From Octopus vulgaris (Eukaryota), in contig OX597830.1 of NCBI GenBank assembly GCA_951406725.2, positions 53,258,001 through 53,322,000 on the forward strand: 64,000 nt of DNA, read 5' to 3'. The position numbers and the translations under genes are program-made. This document shows, piece after piece, positions 54,401 through 64,000 of this stretch (positions are counted from its first letter, which is position 1; every line of letters begins with the position of its first letter). The notes beneath the pieces are model-generated. The model ran no database searches. It had not been told where the DNA came from and saw only the letters and a program-made list of their open reading frames with translations.

Positions 54401-57400
54401 AAAGTTCACAACCAAACAGTGAACAAAAATTGTGAAATTTTACTATCAAAACCAAGGATCAATAAGTCTAACTCAATGAACATATCTCTACCATTACAGT
54501 GCGAGGGATTTGGAAAATCCGAGGATGATTCACCAAAGTGAATTGCATCCCCTAGTGTGGGGTGAGATCAAAAGAAGTGATCAGACATTTTTTTGAAGAT
54601 GATAAAGGGAACCCTGTTACTGTTACAAGAGATGAATATCAGTTTATGATCAAAAATTTCTCCCAGTCGTTCAAGATAAACTTGACATATAGTTCAAACA
54701 GGACAGAGCCACAGTTCACACAGCAAGGACCACAATTCAACCACTCAAGCATATTTTTGAGGGAAGAATAATTTCCTGCAGTTGCAACATATGCTGACCA
54801 ACATGTTCTCCAGATCTGATGGCTCCTGACTACTTCCTATTGAGTTGTCTTAAGGGGGAAAAAAATGTATGTTAACAAGCCTCAGGCACTTCAATAGCTT
54901 AAGAGCAATATTCAGGCTGAAATCAGAGTGCTGGGACCTGAATCATTAAGGACTGTCATGGAAAACACATTAGAAAGGGTGAGTTTATGCAAAGTAGAAA
55001 ATGGATGCCATTTATGATATGTAATTTTTCATACATAGTGTAAATATAATTTCTATATGTATTGTATAGGATATTCTGATGTAAATTTAAGACAAAAAAG
55101 GAGTTATTAAACATTCAAACCCCTTCATGACTTTTGGCCCACCCAGTATAATGGTGACACTCATTTATAACCGTCACAACACGTCAAGACAAGGTTAAAC
55201 ACAAACATGCACAATGGATTTCTTTTAGTTTCCATCTACCAAAACCACTCACAAAGATCTAATTGGACAAGGGCTATAGTAGAAGACACTTGCTCAACCT
55301 GCTGCACTTGACAACCACATGGTTGGAAAGCAAGCTGCTTTTCAAACACACAGCCAGGAACAGGGAACATTGAAGTGCTTACAATCTTGTACATAATATT
55401 AAAGCAAAACTTGTGAAGGAATGGAAAAACAAACTGTTCACATTCTGTTACACAAGGAATGTATGAGTAACTACAAATCAGAACCATCTTGGACCATGAG
55501 AACATATCCAATCCAAGCTAATATGGAACACTATAAAACGATATGAGAGTACTCTTTAGAGCATATCACAGAAAACCTCTCTACTGTTAGACCAGTACTT
55601 CATTTGACTGACTGGTACTTGATTTTTATCAGAACAAATGGAATGTAAAGTTGATCTTTAGTGAATTTTGTACTCGGAACATAAAGAGCTGGAACTAAAT
55701 ACTGCAAGACCTTTTTATCTGTTTATAATGATTCTGCAAATTTACCACTTTGTTTGAAAAAATTGTTTGAAATTAAAATGATGTCATCATTCCTTAAATT
55801 TTCTCTCATTTACACCACTAGGTTTAGAATCCATGGCTTCAGCAGACAGCTTTTACAAACAAAAAAGGAAAGAAGATGAAATGGAGAGCTTACCTGAGTT
55901 TATCAAAGCAAGAATCACAGACTCGCACTTCACGTTCTATCCCAAAGCGAGGAATGGTTGACACTTTTGAAGAGCATTTACTACACATTACTTCTCCACA
56001 GTTGCGGCAATGGTGCTAGAAAAAAAACAAAATAGAACTAAAAAGTCTGCTGTCACAGTTTTCATTATATAATTACTTTTCATTGATTATAATTAAATTA
56101 AATCATTACTAATATGATTTGTATTTTTTTCTTTTTAATAACTTTTCTCACATGCAAGATTGGTAACTGGAACAAATGCATCAAAAGAAAAGGAAATTTT
56201 TTCCACACCTTATGTATGTGACAGAAAAACAGTTAGATGGAGGGAAGTCCATAATTTGTAACTAATCACTGGTGCTATGCTGTGTCTATGGCCAGAACAT
56301 TTAATTTTCAAATAGCAGGTTAATACATGGATAACATTTTAAATTTAGGAGGTACTATAAAAGAGATGTAATATCTATGGAGCACTGCAGCATGAATAAA
56401 GTATAGATTCTATGGAGCACAATTATGTAGAGTCTAGGATGTACTATGGGTGAGATAGAGTGTAGGGTGGTCATGGATAATATGCAGTCCTTTTGACTTC
56501 CTGTATGGGACAATTTTATGATAATACTAACAAAACTTTTTCCAGAGTTGTTTGCTAAAATAGTCAAATCAAATAGGAGTAAATACATTGGTGTGGCCTG
56601 AATTATGAGGATCAATACCTCGTGCAGCCTGCTAGTCAAACAAGGTTGACCATATCTGGGCATTGAGTGATATAGCATCTGGAAGGCACTCTCAATGAGA
56701 TGAAGAATGTGGGTGAGATATAGGGTCTACAAGGTAATATGGACAAGATGTAGGGTCTATAAGATATTATGGATGAGCTGTGGGGTCCTATAAAGGTACT
56801 ATGGACAAGATGTAGGGTTTATGAAGTATATGGATGAGACAAACTCTTGAAGGTGATGGATTAAAAGAGTTAAGGAACAACTACTCAAAAATCAGTGAAT
56901 ATGTATGAATAACATTTGTTGCTCATCCGTAGTTTCATGTTAAGAGAGAGAATTGTTTATTCATTGGGGCAAATTCTTTTTTACAGCTTAGGCATCAGTC
57001 CCTTCCTGCCACTAACCACTCAACTCTGAAGTAGGGTTTCTTTGTTTTGTTTCAATGACTCAGAGTGAGGTGCTATTTCTCAGAGGCATGGCACAATGTG
57101 CCATAGATCTGAACACATATGGTCAGTTGTCCAACATTAACTTCACAATCAGTGCTTAAATCATTTGCACAGCTTAAATCAGCTTTTCAGTCTTGGGTCT
57201 GTAACAAAGTGTGTATGTTGTTCAGTATTATAAGATGATGGGGTATAGCAATCTTATAGGGTAAGTGGTATTGAGGTGAGGGGCACTAGGATGATACACT
57301 GTTATAGGAAAGGGTGCAGTGGGGTAATACTGTGTTTCAAGGTATAAGGTACTGAGTGGTGCTACTGCATAGACCTTATAGGATGGATGGTATTGTGGTG

Positions 57401-60400
57401 TTATAGAGTAGATGCTATTGTGGTAGTAGTATTATAGGATAGATAGTACTGGAGATGAAGAATGAAACTGACCGAAAAACTTTGGGATTCATCAATTCTG
57501 TTTTAATATCCAGAATTTGGACAGAATTTGTTAAGGCAGATTTTCTATAACTGGATACCCTTCCTGTTGCAAACCCTCACTTGTTTTCAAGAAAGATATT
57601 TCCCCATGGCGGGACATATTTTCACAGAAGATTGGAAATGAAGGGAACTGTTTGAATGATTGATGGTGACACTCATTTACAGCAATTATGCAATGTTAAG
57701 AGAAGTAGACACCAGCTCCCTCTCTCTCTCTCTCTTTAACACCCACACCTTGCAGTGGGACTGACCTCAGAACCAAGTGTTTCGAAAGCAAGCTTGTTAA
57801 CCACACAACTATACCCATTTCTTGTATAAAATAAAAAATGCTTCTCCAGGTCCCACCCAACCCTAAAAAAATGAGACCTATATAAACCAATGGAGGGAAA
57901 AAAAATGAAATAAAGCCAAAATAAACGTACCTTTCTTTGAACAACACTGAATCCCACACGGCAACGAGTACAACACTCACCATCTTTCCATTCTGGTGCC
58001 TTTTCTGCCACAAACATTGCATCCGCTTCTTTTAAAGCAGGAAACGTATAACCTACAATGTAAGACAATTTAATGTGTAGTTAGTAAAATTACTTCATTA
58101 ACTTAAAACTCTGTAGCTGAAAATGGTAACTGTTTTGAGATATTTAAGTAACTAATAAGGTTATTTTTGCACATTGACGGGATAATTGATGCTTTGCTTC
58201 ATGCACTTGCTTGATGAAGCTGGGGTCATCCCAAGTCAGTGGTCCCAGACAGAGATCGCCTTATCCATAGAGCTGACTGGGTCCATCAGTGATCTCCATC
58301 AATAGCAGTCTCGTGTCACTCCCTCTGCATCCTCCGAGTTGACATTGAGCTTCTGGTGATCTTCCCCAATCACGTCCAACCATCTGGTCCATGGCCTGCC
58401 ATGAGGCCTCTTCCAGCCCACAGCTCTTGCATCAAATGAGAATAAAGTCCTCGTAGGATGATCTAGCATGAGACAGAGAACATGTCCATACCAGTGCATG
58501 CAATGGATAGCTATGAGGTGGGAGGCTATGGGCTGATGCATGCACACACGCATTTCTTTGTTAGAAACGCGATGGTTCCATCTGATGTATTTGATGGTTT
58601 TCAGGGCTCTGCTATCAAAGTTAGCAATCCTCTGTTTATTCAAGGAATTGAAGTGAGGCTGTTTATTTTTAGAGAGTGATATCTGATAGAGCCAATAAGG
58701 TGCAGAACAACCAACCAAAAGGTCAGTGGTTCATGTCACATCCCCAGTCCAGTATAAATAACCAAGACACCTTTTTGCTCTGCCTAATTTTGTATCAATT
58801 AGTAGGATGAATAGAAGACATTACCTTTAATCCTAACTTTCTTCAAGTGTTTCTAGGATGAAAGATAGGGTTAATTGATTGTAGAGTGAAATTAGTGTAG
58901 TTAATACCTAATAAGAACTTTTGTTGAAGGTCTGAAGGAGACATCTGTGAAAAGAGTGGCTGAAGGGGACATTTGTGAATAGCTAGTCAGGTTTTGGTGA
59001 TAAGAGGTGGACAAGAGGAATTGCAATGATTTGTTTTTCTTTGTAAAAAATGTGAGGTGGAAAAGGGGCAGGGCCCATGACCTTTGTATGGTCATTTGAC
59101 CACATTCACGGACTGATGAGGCTAATATGACTGATGAATAACCTGAACATTTGTAGGTCACAATGTTCAAAGGAAAAGTGAGATGCAATGAGAGAATTCC
59201 AGAGGAAGGCCTGAATGAAGTATTTATGTAAGGTCTGAGAAGTAATGGATGAATCAAGTGGGTTAAAGTTGGTTTGTTCAGCAGATGAAGACTAACACAA
59301 AATAACTAGATGGTGATGGCACTGAAGAAGTCAAAATATTGACTCACCCTCCATTTTCATTAAATGGTATGTGTCTTGCACTGCTTTGTAGCTGGGTTCA
59401 TTGCGGAAGGCATGTGACCATACCTGGATCAGTTCCAATATTTTCTCTTTGACAGGGGGTGGTCTTGTCTGGAAAGAACAAAAAAAACATACAGAGAACA
59501 GCAAAATAGTTTCCTATGAAAAAGCATTATTATAGATCATTACAGGTTTTTACAGGCTGGCTGTAGCATCGTTACAGGTTCTTACAGGCTAGCTATAGCA
59601 TCATTACAAGTTATAACTGAAACTCTATTTTATTGACTCTGGAGTGAAATTTGACAAAGAGCTAGAACAACACATTTTTACCAATGTAATGTTGTAATGA
59701 TTGTGGAAGTTTACCCCCTGCACAAGTATGAAGCAATAATAATTTGTTTCAAATTTTTATATAAGCCAAGCAATTTTAGATGATGGAGTATAGTCAATTA
59801 CATTGACCCCCCCCCCAGTACGTGTTTGATAGTTATTTTATTGAATCCAGAGGGACGAAAGGCAAAGATGATCTCAGCAGAATTTGAACACCGGAAAAAA
59901 TGCTTAGTATTTATTCTGGCTCTGTTTCAGCACTAAGAATTCTGCTAGTTCACCATGTTCACAAATATGAAGCAATACTATGTGGACTAGAAAGCAATAC
60001 CTTGACTTGTTCCTTCAGAAATTCCATGAACTCTTTTGAAGCAACTTCTTGGTGAATCAATGAGGAGCAATTCTTTACACAGGACTCCAGTGTCTGTAAC
60101 GAAAAACACAAAACCTTTTATTTCACATCACTGATAGGTTTACATATGGGATTGAACTCAATTCTTGCCCTTTAGAGTTATACACACACAATATGCACGT
60201 GATGAATGTTGCCCAGATGGAAATAAGTGCACACCTGCTCAAACACACACTCAGATGAATGTTGCGAAAATACAAATATGCACACATATGCACAAACACA
60301 CAATTTGAAACCTTAACCCAGTTTAGATGATCAATAAGTAACAATCAATAGCTGAAATCTATTTATAAACACAATATGGACATTTTACAAAATACAAAAA

Positions 60401-62884
60401 AAAATTTGTGTGTGTGTGCACACGTGCATGTGTTCTTGGTGCATGTATTTGTTGATATTTGAGCTTCACTGAAAATCAGTCAGCTGCAAGTGGTGACATT
60501 GCTGTCATTTCCCCCTATGGATGGCTTTGTTCCTTTGAAGACATGCTTCTTAAGAAGCATTAAAAGGTTTTTTTTTTTTCCTTGGTCTTTTTCCAAGGTA
60601 CTTGGTGAGCTCACTAGTGCCAGGAGCATGAGAATGTCAAAAGCACCCAGTAGACACTGTAAAATGATTGGTGTCAGGAAGGGTATCCAGCCATAGAAAT
60701 CATATCAAAGCAGACATTGGAATACTAATGACTTGTGAAGATTCACTTTCCTATAATGTGTGTCTGACATATTTCACCACCTTCTCTCTTTTCGAAATGG
60801 AGTGGCCCCCTACAAGACACCTGTTCTTGTCCTTCTGTAATACCTTCACCTCCCATTACCCAGCATAAAGTCATCTATGACAATATAATATTAGTTTTGA
60901 GTCATGTCTTGCAAGTTACTTAATGACCTTACAAGTGCTGGCTCCATATGTAAAGCACCCAGTACACTCTGTAAAGTGGTCAGAATTAAGAAGGGCATCC
61001 ATCTGTAGAAACTACACCAAAGCTGACATTGAGGCTTGGTGCAGTCCTCTGGCTTACTGGCTCCTCTCCAACAGGATGAAAAAAAATAGACGTTCCAAAC
61101 ACCAACCACTGAAAATGGTAGGGACAGCACAACCATGTCTTGGGTATTTGAAATACTTGTCAACTCACCAGGTCTGGCCACAGTTGATTTCTGTGTGTGC
61201 GTGTGAGTGAGTGAGGGAGAGAGAGATGTCAACCCTAGTGCTTGACTGATACTTTATTCACTCTGAGAGGACGAAAGGCAGAATTGATCCTGACAGGATC
61301 TGAACTGAGAGCCTACAAAGACTGAATATTGCAAAGCACTTTCTGACATTCTATTAAGCAATTCACTCTGAGGCAATGACAAGTGATGGAGACCTTTGGA
61401 GATATGCTGTGCTTGAGAAGACCCGGCAAGCCAAGTGAGACCATAACCATGGCCTATGCCAGTGCTGTATAACCAGCCCATTTAAGAGTACCCTTCAATC
61501 ATTGGACAATAAGTTATGCTTGCGAAGACCTGTTGAGTCAAGTGAAATCACTGTCGTGGCCAATGACAGTACCGCCTGATTGGCACCAGTACCAGTGGAA
61601 TGTTAGCACCATTTGAGCATGATCGTTGCCAGGGCTGTTGACTGGCTCCTGTGCAGGTGGCACATAAAAAGCACTATTTGAGCGTGGCCGATGACTGACT
61701 GGCCCTCATGCCGGTGGCATGTAAAAGCACCCACTACACTCGCAGAGTGGTTGGCATTAGGAAGGGAATCCAGCTGTAGAAACTTTGTCAGATCAGATTG
61801 GAGACTGGTGCAGCCTTCTGGCTTGCCAGCCCTCAGTCAAACCGTCCAACCCATGCCAGCATGGAAAGCGGACGTTAAACAATGATGATGATGACAAATT
61901 CACTATCATACACACACACACACACACAAATATATATATATATATATAATCATCATCTTTTAATGTCCACTTTCCATACTGGCATGGGTTGGACAGTTTG
62001 ACTGAGGACTGGTGAGCCAGAGGCTGCACCATGCTCAATCTGATCAGGCAAAGTTTCTACAGCTGGATGCCCTTCCTAATGCCAACCACTCCAAGAGTGT
62101 AGTGGGTGCTTTTACGTGCCACCAGCACAAGGCCAGTCAGGCGGCTCTGGCAACAACCACGTTCAAAAGGTGTTTTTACGAGCTACCTGCATGGGAGCCA
62201 GTCCAACAGCACTGGCAATGACCACACTCAAATGTTGTTTTTCACGTGCCGGTATGGTGATGCTGGCAATGATCACACTCGAATGGTCCCTTTCACGGGT
62301 CACCGGCACAGGAGTCAATCCGTGGCCCTGGCAACGATCACACTCGGATGTGCTTTTAACGTTCCACTGACACGATTGCCAATCAGGCAGTACTGTCATG
62401 TCATGGGCCATGTCAGCAATTTTGATTTGCTTACACTTGCATCAATAAGTCTTCGAAAGCAAAGTTCATTGTTCAATGAATGAGGGGTACTCATAAGTGG
62501 GCCGGTTACACCCCACATTCAGATGTGCTTTTAGCGTTCTACTTGTATGAGTGCCAATCAGGCAGTACTGTCATTGGCCACATCAGCGATTTTGACATAT
62601 ATTTATATATTCCAACAAAGTTGATTTTGTCTTTCAACATTTTGGGGTCAAAATATGTACTAGGGTTAATGTAATTGACTAGCCCTATACCCCAAAATTT
62701 CAGGTGCTGCAACTGTAGCAGAAAGAATACATACACACACACACACACACACACATACATATATTCATAGTTGGCAAAGCTAAAAATGAAAATTATCAAC
62801 AAAGTTACCTGGAGTGCAAACATTGCAACATGAGGATTATCAACAGCTAATTTCTTCTTGATTGCAGCCAGGGCATATTTGGGT
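6255..62884 (-). CDS. HGS: Hepatocyte growth factor-regulated tyrosine kinase substrate (Hrs/Vps27, ESCRT-0); multi-exon gene, 5' end outside window
   Basis: 14 exons with GT-AG boundaries join in frame (2266 nt). Domain order is VHS (partial), FYVE (RKHHCR...RVC), UIM ([12 protein letters not shown]), [12 protein letters not shown], coiled coil, P/Q-rich tail, LISFD*. This architecture is diagnostic of Hrs. Confidence 0.97.
6675..6895. repeat. 26-bp minisatellite (GCACTGGCACGAGTGCAATTGACGTG) x ~8.5 in the last HGS intron
   Basis: Five identical central units from 6701, with degenerate outer units. Confidence 0.95.
9021..9420. repeat. Compound (CA/TA) microsatellite
   Basis: Directly visible. 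Confidence 0.95.
9511..10084 (-). CDS. HGS: HGS exon, Pro/Gln-rich region, 574 nt
   Basis: Open frame NPYGAPNF...YSSLSMQ; CTCTTCCAG acceptor, A|GTATGT donor; phase 0/1. Confidence 0.88.
11507..11638 (-). CDS. HGS: HGS exon ([44 protein letters not shown]), 132 nt
   Basis: EYL..QRQLA.QR..EQERE Hrs motif; CTTCTCAG acceptor, CAG|GTAAAG donor. Confidence 0.94.
13502..13674 (-). CDS. HGS: HGS exon, coiled coil ([57 protein letters not shown]), 173 nt
   Basis: Read from sequence; LQDKLAQ.RDAR and [10 protein letters not shown] Hrs motifs; TTTCAG acceptor, CAC|GTAAGT donor; phase 1/0. Confidence 0.95.
13750..14105 (-). mobile_element. 5'-truncated CR1-type LINE 3' end with (ATT)n tail
   Basis: Translates to [26 protein letters not shown], typical of the CR1/L2 ORF2 C-terminus; simple-repeat tail at 13750-13768. 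Confidence 0.82.
15780..15981 (-). CDS. HGS: HGS exon, helical/GAT region ([46 protein letters not shown]...EDAR), 202 nt
   Basis: FVNRM.SN..RGRSI.ND..V.SLF Hrs motif; TTTTCAG acceptor, A|GTAAGT donor; phase 0/1. Confidence 0.95.
16136..16318 (-). mobile_element. Short CR1-type LINE 3' fragment with (TAAC)n tail
   Basis: Minus strand reads [23 protein letters not shown]...; (TAGT)n on plus at 16136-16154. Confidence 0.7.
16600..17620 (-). mobile_element. Degenerate Gypsy-like LTR retrotransposon pol fragment (RT end/RNase H)
   Basis: ORF 17203-17541 contains [15 protein letters not shown]...[21 protein letters not shown], matching the F.G..IS..GI.P / FLG..NYYR.F+P.+A....PL pattern; boundaries approximate. 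Confidence 0.75.
18912..19076 (-). CDS. HGS: HGS exon with [13 protein letters not shown] and PSAP (TSG101-binding) motif, 165 nt
   Basis: Highly conserved Hrs peptide; TTTCAG acceptor, ATG|GTACGG donor; phase 0/0. Confidence 0.94.
21750..21920. repeat. 42-bp tandem repeat x4 inside a retroposon body
   Basis: Unit GAGTTCCTTTCRAGYRTTGGGCCTCAMAGAGGCAMAGTGGYY. Confidence 0.8.
24720..24922 (-). mobile_element. tRNA-derived SINE nested in an older related SINE, 17-bp target-site duplication
   Basis: AAAGTCAGAAGAAATAC at 24703-24719 and 24923-24939; B-box-like GAGTTCAAATTCC on the minus strand. Confidence 0.85.
31238..31622 (+). mobile_element. Full-length tRNA-derived SINE
   Basis: A box TGGCTGTGTGG, B box GGTTCAGTCCC, central GCACCTTGGGCAAGTGTCTTCTACTATAGC core shared with many degenerate copies, and an A-rich AAAAGAATAAAAG tail. 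Confidence 0.88.
32140..32337 (-). mobile_element. tRNA-derived SINE (second family) with 16-bp TSD, inserted in a ~52-bp degenerate tandem array
   Basis: ATTAAAATGTAATATA (32124-32139) vs ATTAAGATGTAATATA (32338-32353); head GAGCTGGCAGAAACGTTAGCACG...GAGTTCAAATTCC. Confidence 0.85.
35053..35082 (-). CDS. HGS: Candidate HGS microexon LYKGHSQ (21 nt, ends 35062) or [10 protein letters not shown] (30 nt, ends 35053)
   Basis: Follows a 71-nt intron with CTAAT branch-like motif and TTTCCTAG acceptor; two in-frame donors, CAG|GTAACA and GGT|GTGAGT. Confidence 0.55.
35154..35237 (-). CDS. HGS: HGS exon, post-UIM linker ([28 protein letters not shown]), 84 nt
   Basis: TTTTACTTTCCAG acceptor, GTT|GTAAGT donor, open phase 0/0; Y/P/S-rich linker expected between the UIM and DPELARYL. 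Confidence 0.82.
35700..35945. mobile_element. Fold-back/MITE-like element with long imperfect inverted arms
   Basis: AAAACTGACAAAAAG / CTTTTTGTCAATTTT outer pair and GAAAAGTTGACAGGAGAGAAATTAAAGAGA / TCTCTTTAATTTCTCCCGTCAACTTTTC inner pair; TA-rich flanks. Confidence 0.75.
38577..38675 (-). CDS. HGS: HGS exon, ubiquitin-interacting motif ([33 protein letters not shown]), 99 nt
   Basis: Canonical UIM; TTTTGCAG acceptor, GAG|GTAGGT donor; phase 0/0. Confidence 0.95.
41755..42350 (+). mobile_element. Mariner transposon remnant (left TIR plus decayed N-terminal transposase)
   Basis: TA-CGAGATCTGATCAATAAGTATCCGGACT mariner-like TIR; frameshifted HTH (...AYEWF...[16 protein letters not shown]) and [15 protein letters not shown], equivalent to the WVPHEL linker. 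Confidence 0.85.
45903..45926 (-). CDS. HGS: Candidate 24-nt cassette microexon of HGS (KASRGQEN)
   Basis: Pyrimidine tract CCCCTTCTCTATCTATCTGCTCATACAG, 24 nt with no stop, donor AAT|GTAAGC. Lies in a phase-0 intron, so the frame is preserved. Confidence 0.55.
48493..48870. mobile_element. MITE with ~33-bp imperfect TIRs inserted in (TA)n
   Basis: Left TGTTGCTATTATGTTAAACTGTCGTATGTCCAAA vs reverse complement of right end TGTTGCTACTAAGCAAAAGTACCGTAAGTCCAAA. Confidence 0.7.
48984..49139. mobile_element. 156-bp AT-rich MITE-like element with 14-bp perfect TIRs; diverged inverted copy at ~40885-41040
   Basis: TTAGAAAAACCACC...GGTGGTTTTTCTAA; internal AATTACACCATCTAGAAAATTACATATAATAGAAA is the reverse complement of 40963-40997. 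Confidence 0.72.
52762..52837 (-). CDS. HGS: HGS exon, post-FYVE linker ([26 protein letters not shown]), 76 nt
   Basis: LPxEYLxSxLSxQSQ Hrs motif; TTGCAG acceptor, CAG|GTAAAC donor; phase 2/0. Confidence 0.92.
54291..55146 (+). mobile_element. Internally deleted Tc1/mariner element of DD41D (rosa/Visitor) type, TA TSD, nested in a retroposon
   Basis: TIRs CAGGATGGGCCAAAAGTCA / TGACTTTTGGCCCACCCAG flanked by TA; N-terminus [18 protein letters not shown]; catalytic segment QDRATVH...SPDLMAPD with 41 codons between the last two Asp; contains stops. Confidence 0.88.
55894..56015 (-). CDS. HGS: HGS exon, FYVE core ([40 protein letters not shown]), 122 nt
   Basis: HHCR and RVC PI3P-binding motifs plus Zn-ligand cysteines; TTTTCTAG acceptor, AG|GTAAGC donor; phase 0/2. 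Confidence 0.96.
56710..56840. repeat. Degenerate ~30-bp tandem repeat x4
   Basis: Unit approximately ATGGAYRAGATGTAGGGTCTATAAGGTAHT. Confidence 0.7.
57931..58052 (-). CDS. HGS: HGS exon, VHS-FYVE linker and FYVE start ([41 protein letters not shown]), 122 nt
   Basis: FP..KE.DAMF.AE.APxW Hrs signature; TTGTAG acceptor, AAG|GTACGT donor; phase 1/0. Confidence 0.94.
58200..58715 (-). mobile_element. RTE-clade LINE 3' fragment
   Basis: IRWNHRVSN...WYGHVL...[14 protein letters not shown] matches the RTE ORF C-terminal W.GH / R.RGRP..RW motifs. Confidence 0.85.
59348..59468 (-). CDS. HGS: HGS exon, end of VHS ([40 protein letters not shown]), 121 nt
   Basis: KILELIQxWxxAF VHS motif; TTTCCAG acceptor, G|GTGAGT donor; phase 0/1. 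Confidence 0.93.
60001..60093 (-). CDS. HGS: HGS exon, VHS ([31 protein letters not shown]), 93 nt
   Basis: Read directly from sequence (not in the ORF track); [11 protein letters not shown] motif; TTACAG acceptor, AAG|GTATTG donor; phase 0/0. Confidence 0.93.
61467..62510. repeat. Tail-to-tail inverted pair of RTE-tailed retroposons, ~55-nt spacer
   Basis: 61467-61894 is the reverse complement of 61948-62510 (with indels), joined by a CA/TA microsatellite. Confidence 0.85.
62809..62884 (-). CDS. HGS: HGS exon, VHS domain ([25 protein letters not shown]), 76 nt
   Basis: Acceptor TTTTCCAG, donor CAG|GTAACT; NPHVA motif of VHS. Confidence 0.93.
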
Positions 62885-64000
62885 CTGGAAAACAAAACGA
62901 AAAAAAAAAAATGTTTAACAGAACATTACATTCAAAAAATAAAAACTCAACAGTTGGATCTTGACAGTAGAAAAATAACTAATTTTCACAAATCACTCAT
63001 ACCTAGTCACATTAAAATGCTTTAGCCTCAGGAAAACTCCAGCCATTTACTTCAGTTTATCATTTTCATGAAATTTCTAAATGTATCATTCACCAAAAGT
63101 TATATTTTTATAATTAAATATAAGGAACTGTATTAAAAAATTGTTAAAACATCTTGCATATTGTAGAAGTATAACAAATTTATTGCACATAAACTTTAGC
63201 AAAATCTCATATGGACCCTCAAAGGTTATAAGGACCCCAGTTGAAAACCACTAGTTCACATCAAAGCTGCATTGCATTCTATAGGAACAGATATGAATGT
63301 GTGATAAAGAAGTTTGCTTCCCAACAACATGGTTTTGGGTTCAGCCTTGCAGTATGGCACTTTGGGTATGTGTCCTGGGCTGAACAAAGTGTTGTTAGTA
63401 GATTTGCTTGATGGAAATTGAAAGCCCTTTGTGTACACTCATGTGTATGAGCGTGTGCACATTGTGTCTGTGTGTGTGTGTGTGTGTGAAATCTGAATGT
63501 CTCTCTTTGTCTTGACATCGCATAATAGTTGAAATAAGCGTCATTGCTACACAAATAGTATCATCCATTTCCAATATTCTGCAAAACCATGTCATGGAGA
63601 AATATTAGCTAGCTTGGAAACAGGTATGGTCTGGTGATAGAAAGGAACATACAGCTGTGAAAACTGCTTCAACCAAGTGGGACCAATCCATGCGAGCACA
63701 GAAAAGTGGACATTGATGATGGTGATGATGAACTTGAATAAGGGCTGTGGATTTAGCTATATTGGGACTGAACAGATTCTAAGAATAACTGAACTTGTTA
63801 TTGCCCAGTTGCAGATCAGACGTTCTCATTAACCTCACTTTTAACCGAAACTCATCACAGCAAGACTAGATGTATTTACATCTTTTTATCTTTTATTTAT
63901 TTCAGTCGCTGTACTGAGTCCATGCTGGAACACTGATTTGAGTTTTAGTTGAACAAATCGACCCCAGTATTTATGTAAATAAAAACATAAAAATCACGTC

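Overview
AT-rich animal genomic DNA packed with microsatellites and SINEs. The repeat landscape looks like Octopus or another coleoid cephalopod (inference). Almost the whole window is one minus-strand gene, HGS/Hrs (ESCRT-0). I traced 14 coding exons from 62884 down to the stop at 6255. All have GT-AG ends and consistent phases, and together they encode about 754 aa: partial VHS, FYVE, UIM, PSAP, coiled coil, P/Q-rich tail and a C-terminal LISFD clathrin box. The 5'-most exons lie beyond the right edge of the window. The introns hold tRNA-derived SINEs, RTE-tailed repeats, CR1, RTE and Gypsy fragments, a mariner remnant, a DD41D Tc1/mariner element and several fold-back/MITE elements. The most interesting unexplained signals are (i) frame-preserving microexon candidates flanking the UIM exon (24 nt at 45903-45926 with an upstream UGC; 21 or 30 nt at 35053/35062-35082), (ii) a CpG-retaining island inside the 16-kb intron with a possible in-frame alternative first exon, and (iii) long inverted repeats that would form dsRNA. 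I found no prokaryote-type system such as CRISPR. Most ORFs in the supplied track are microsatellite or SINE artefacts.
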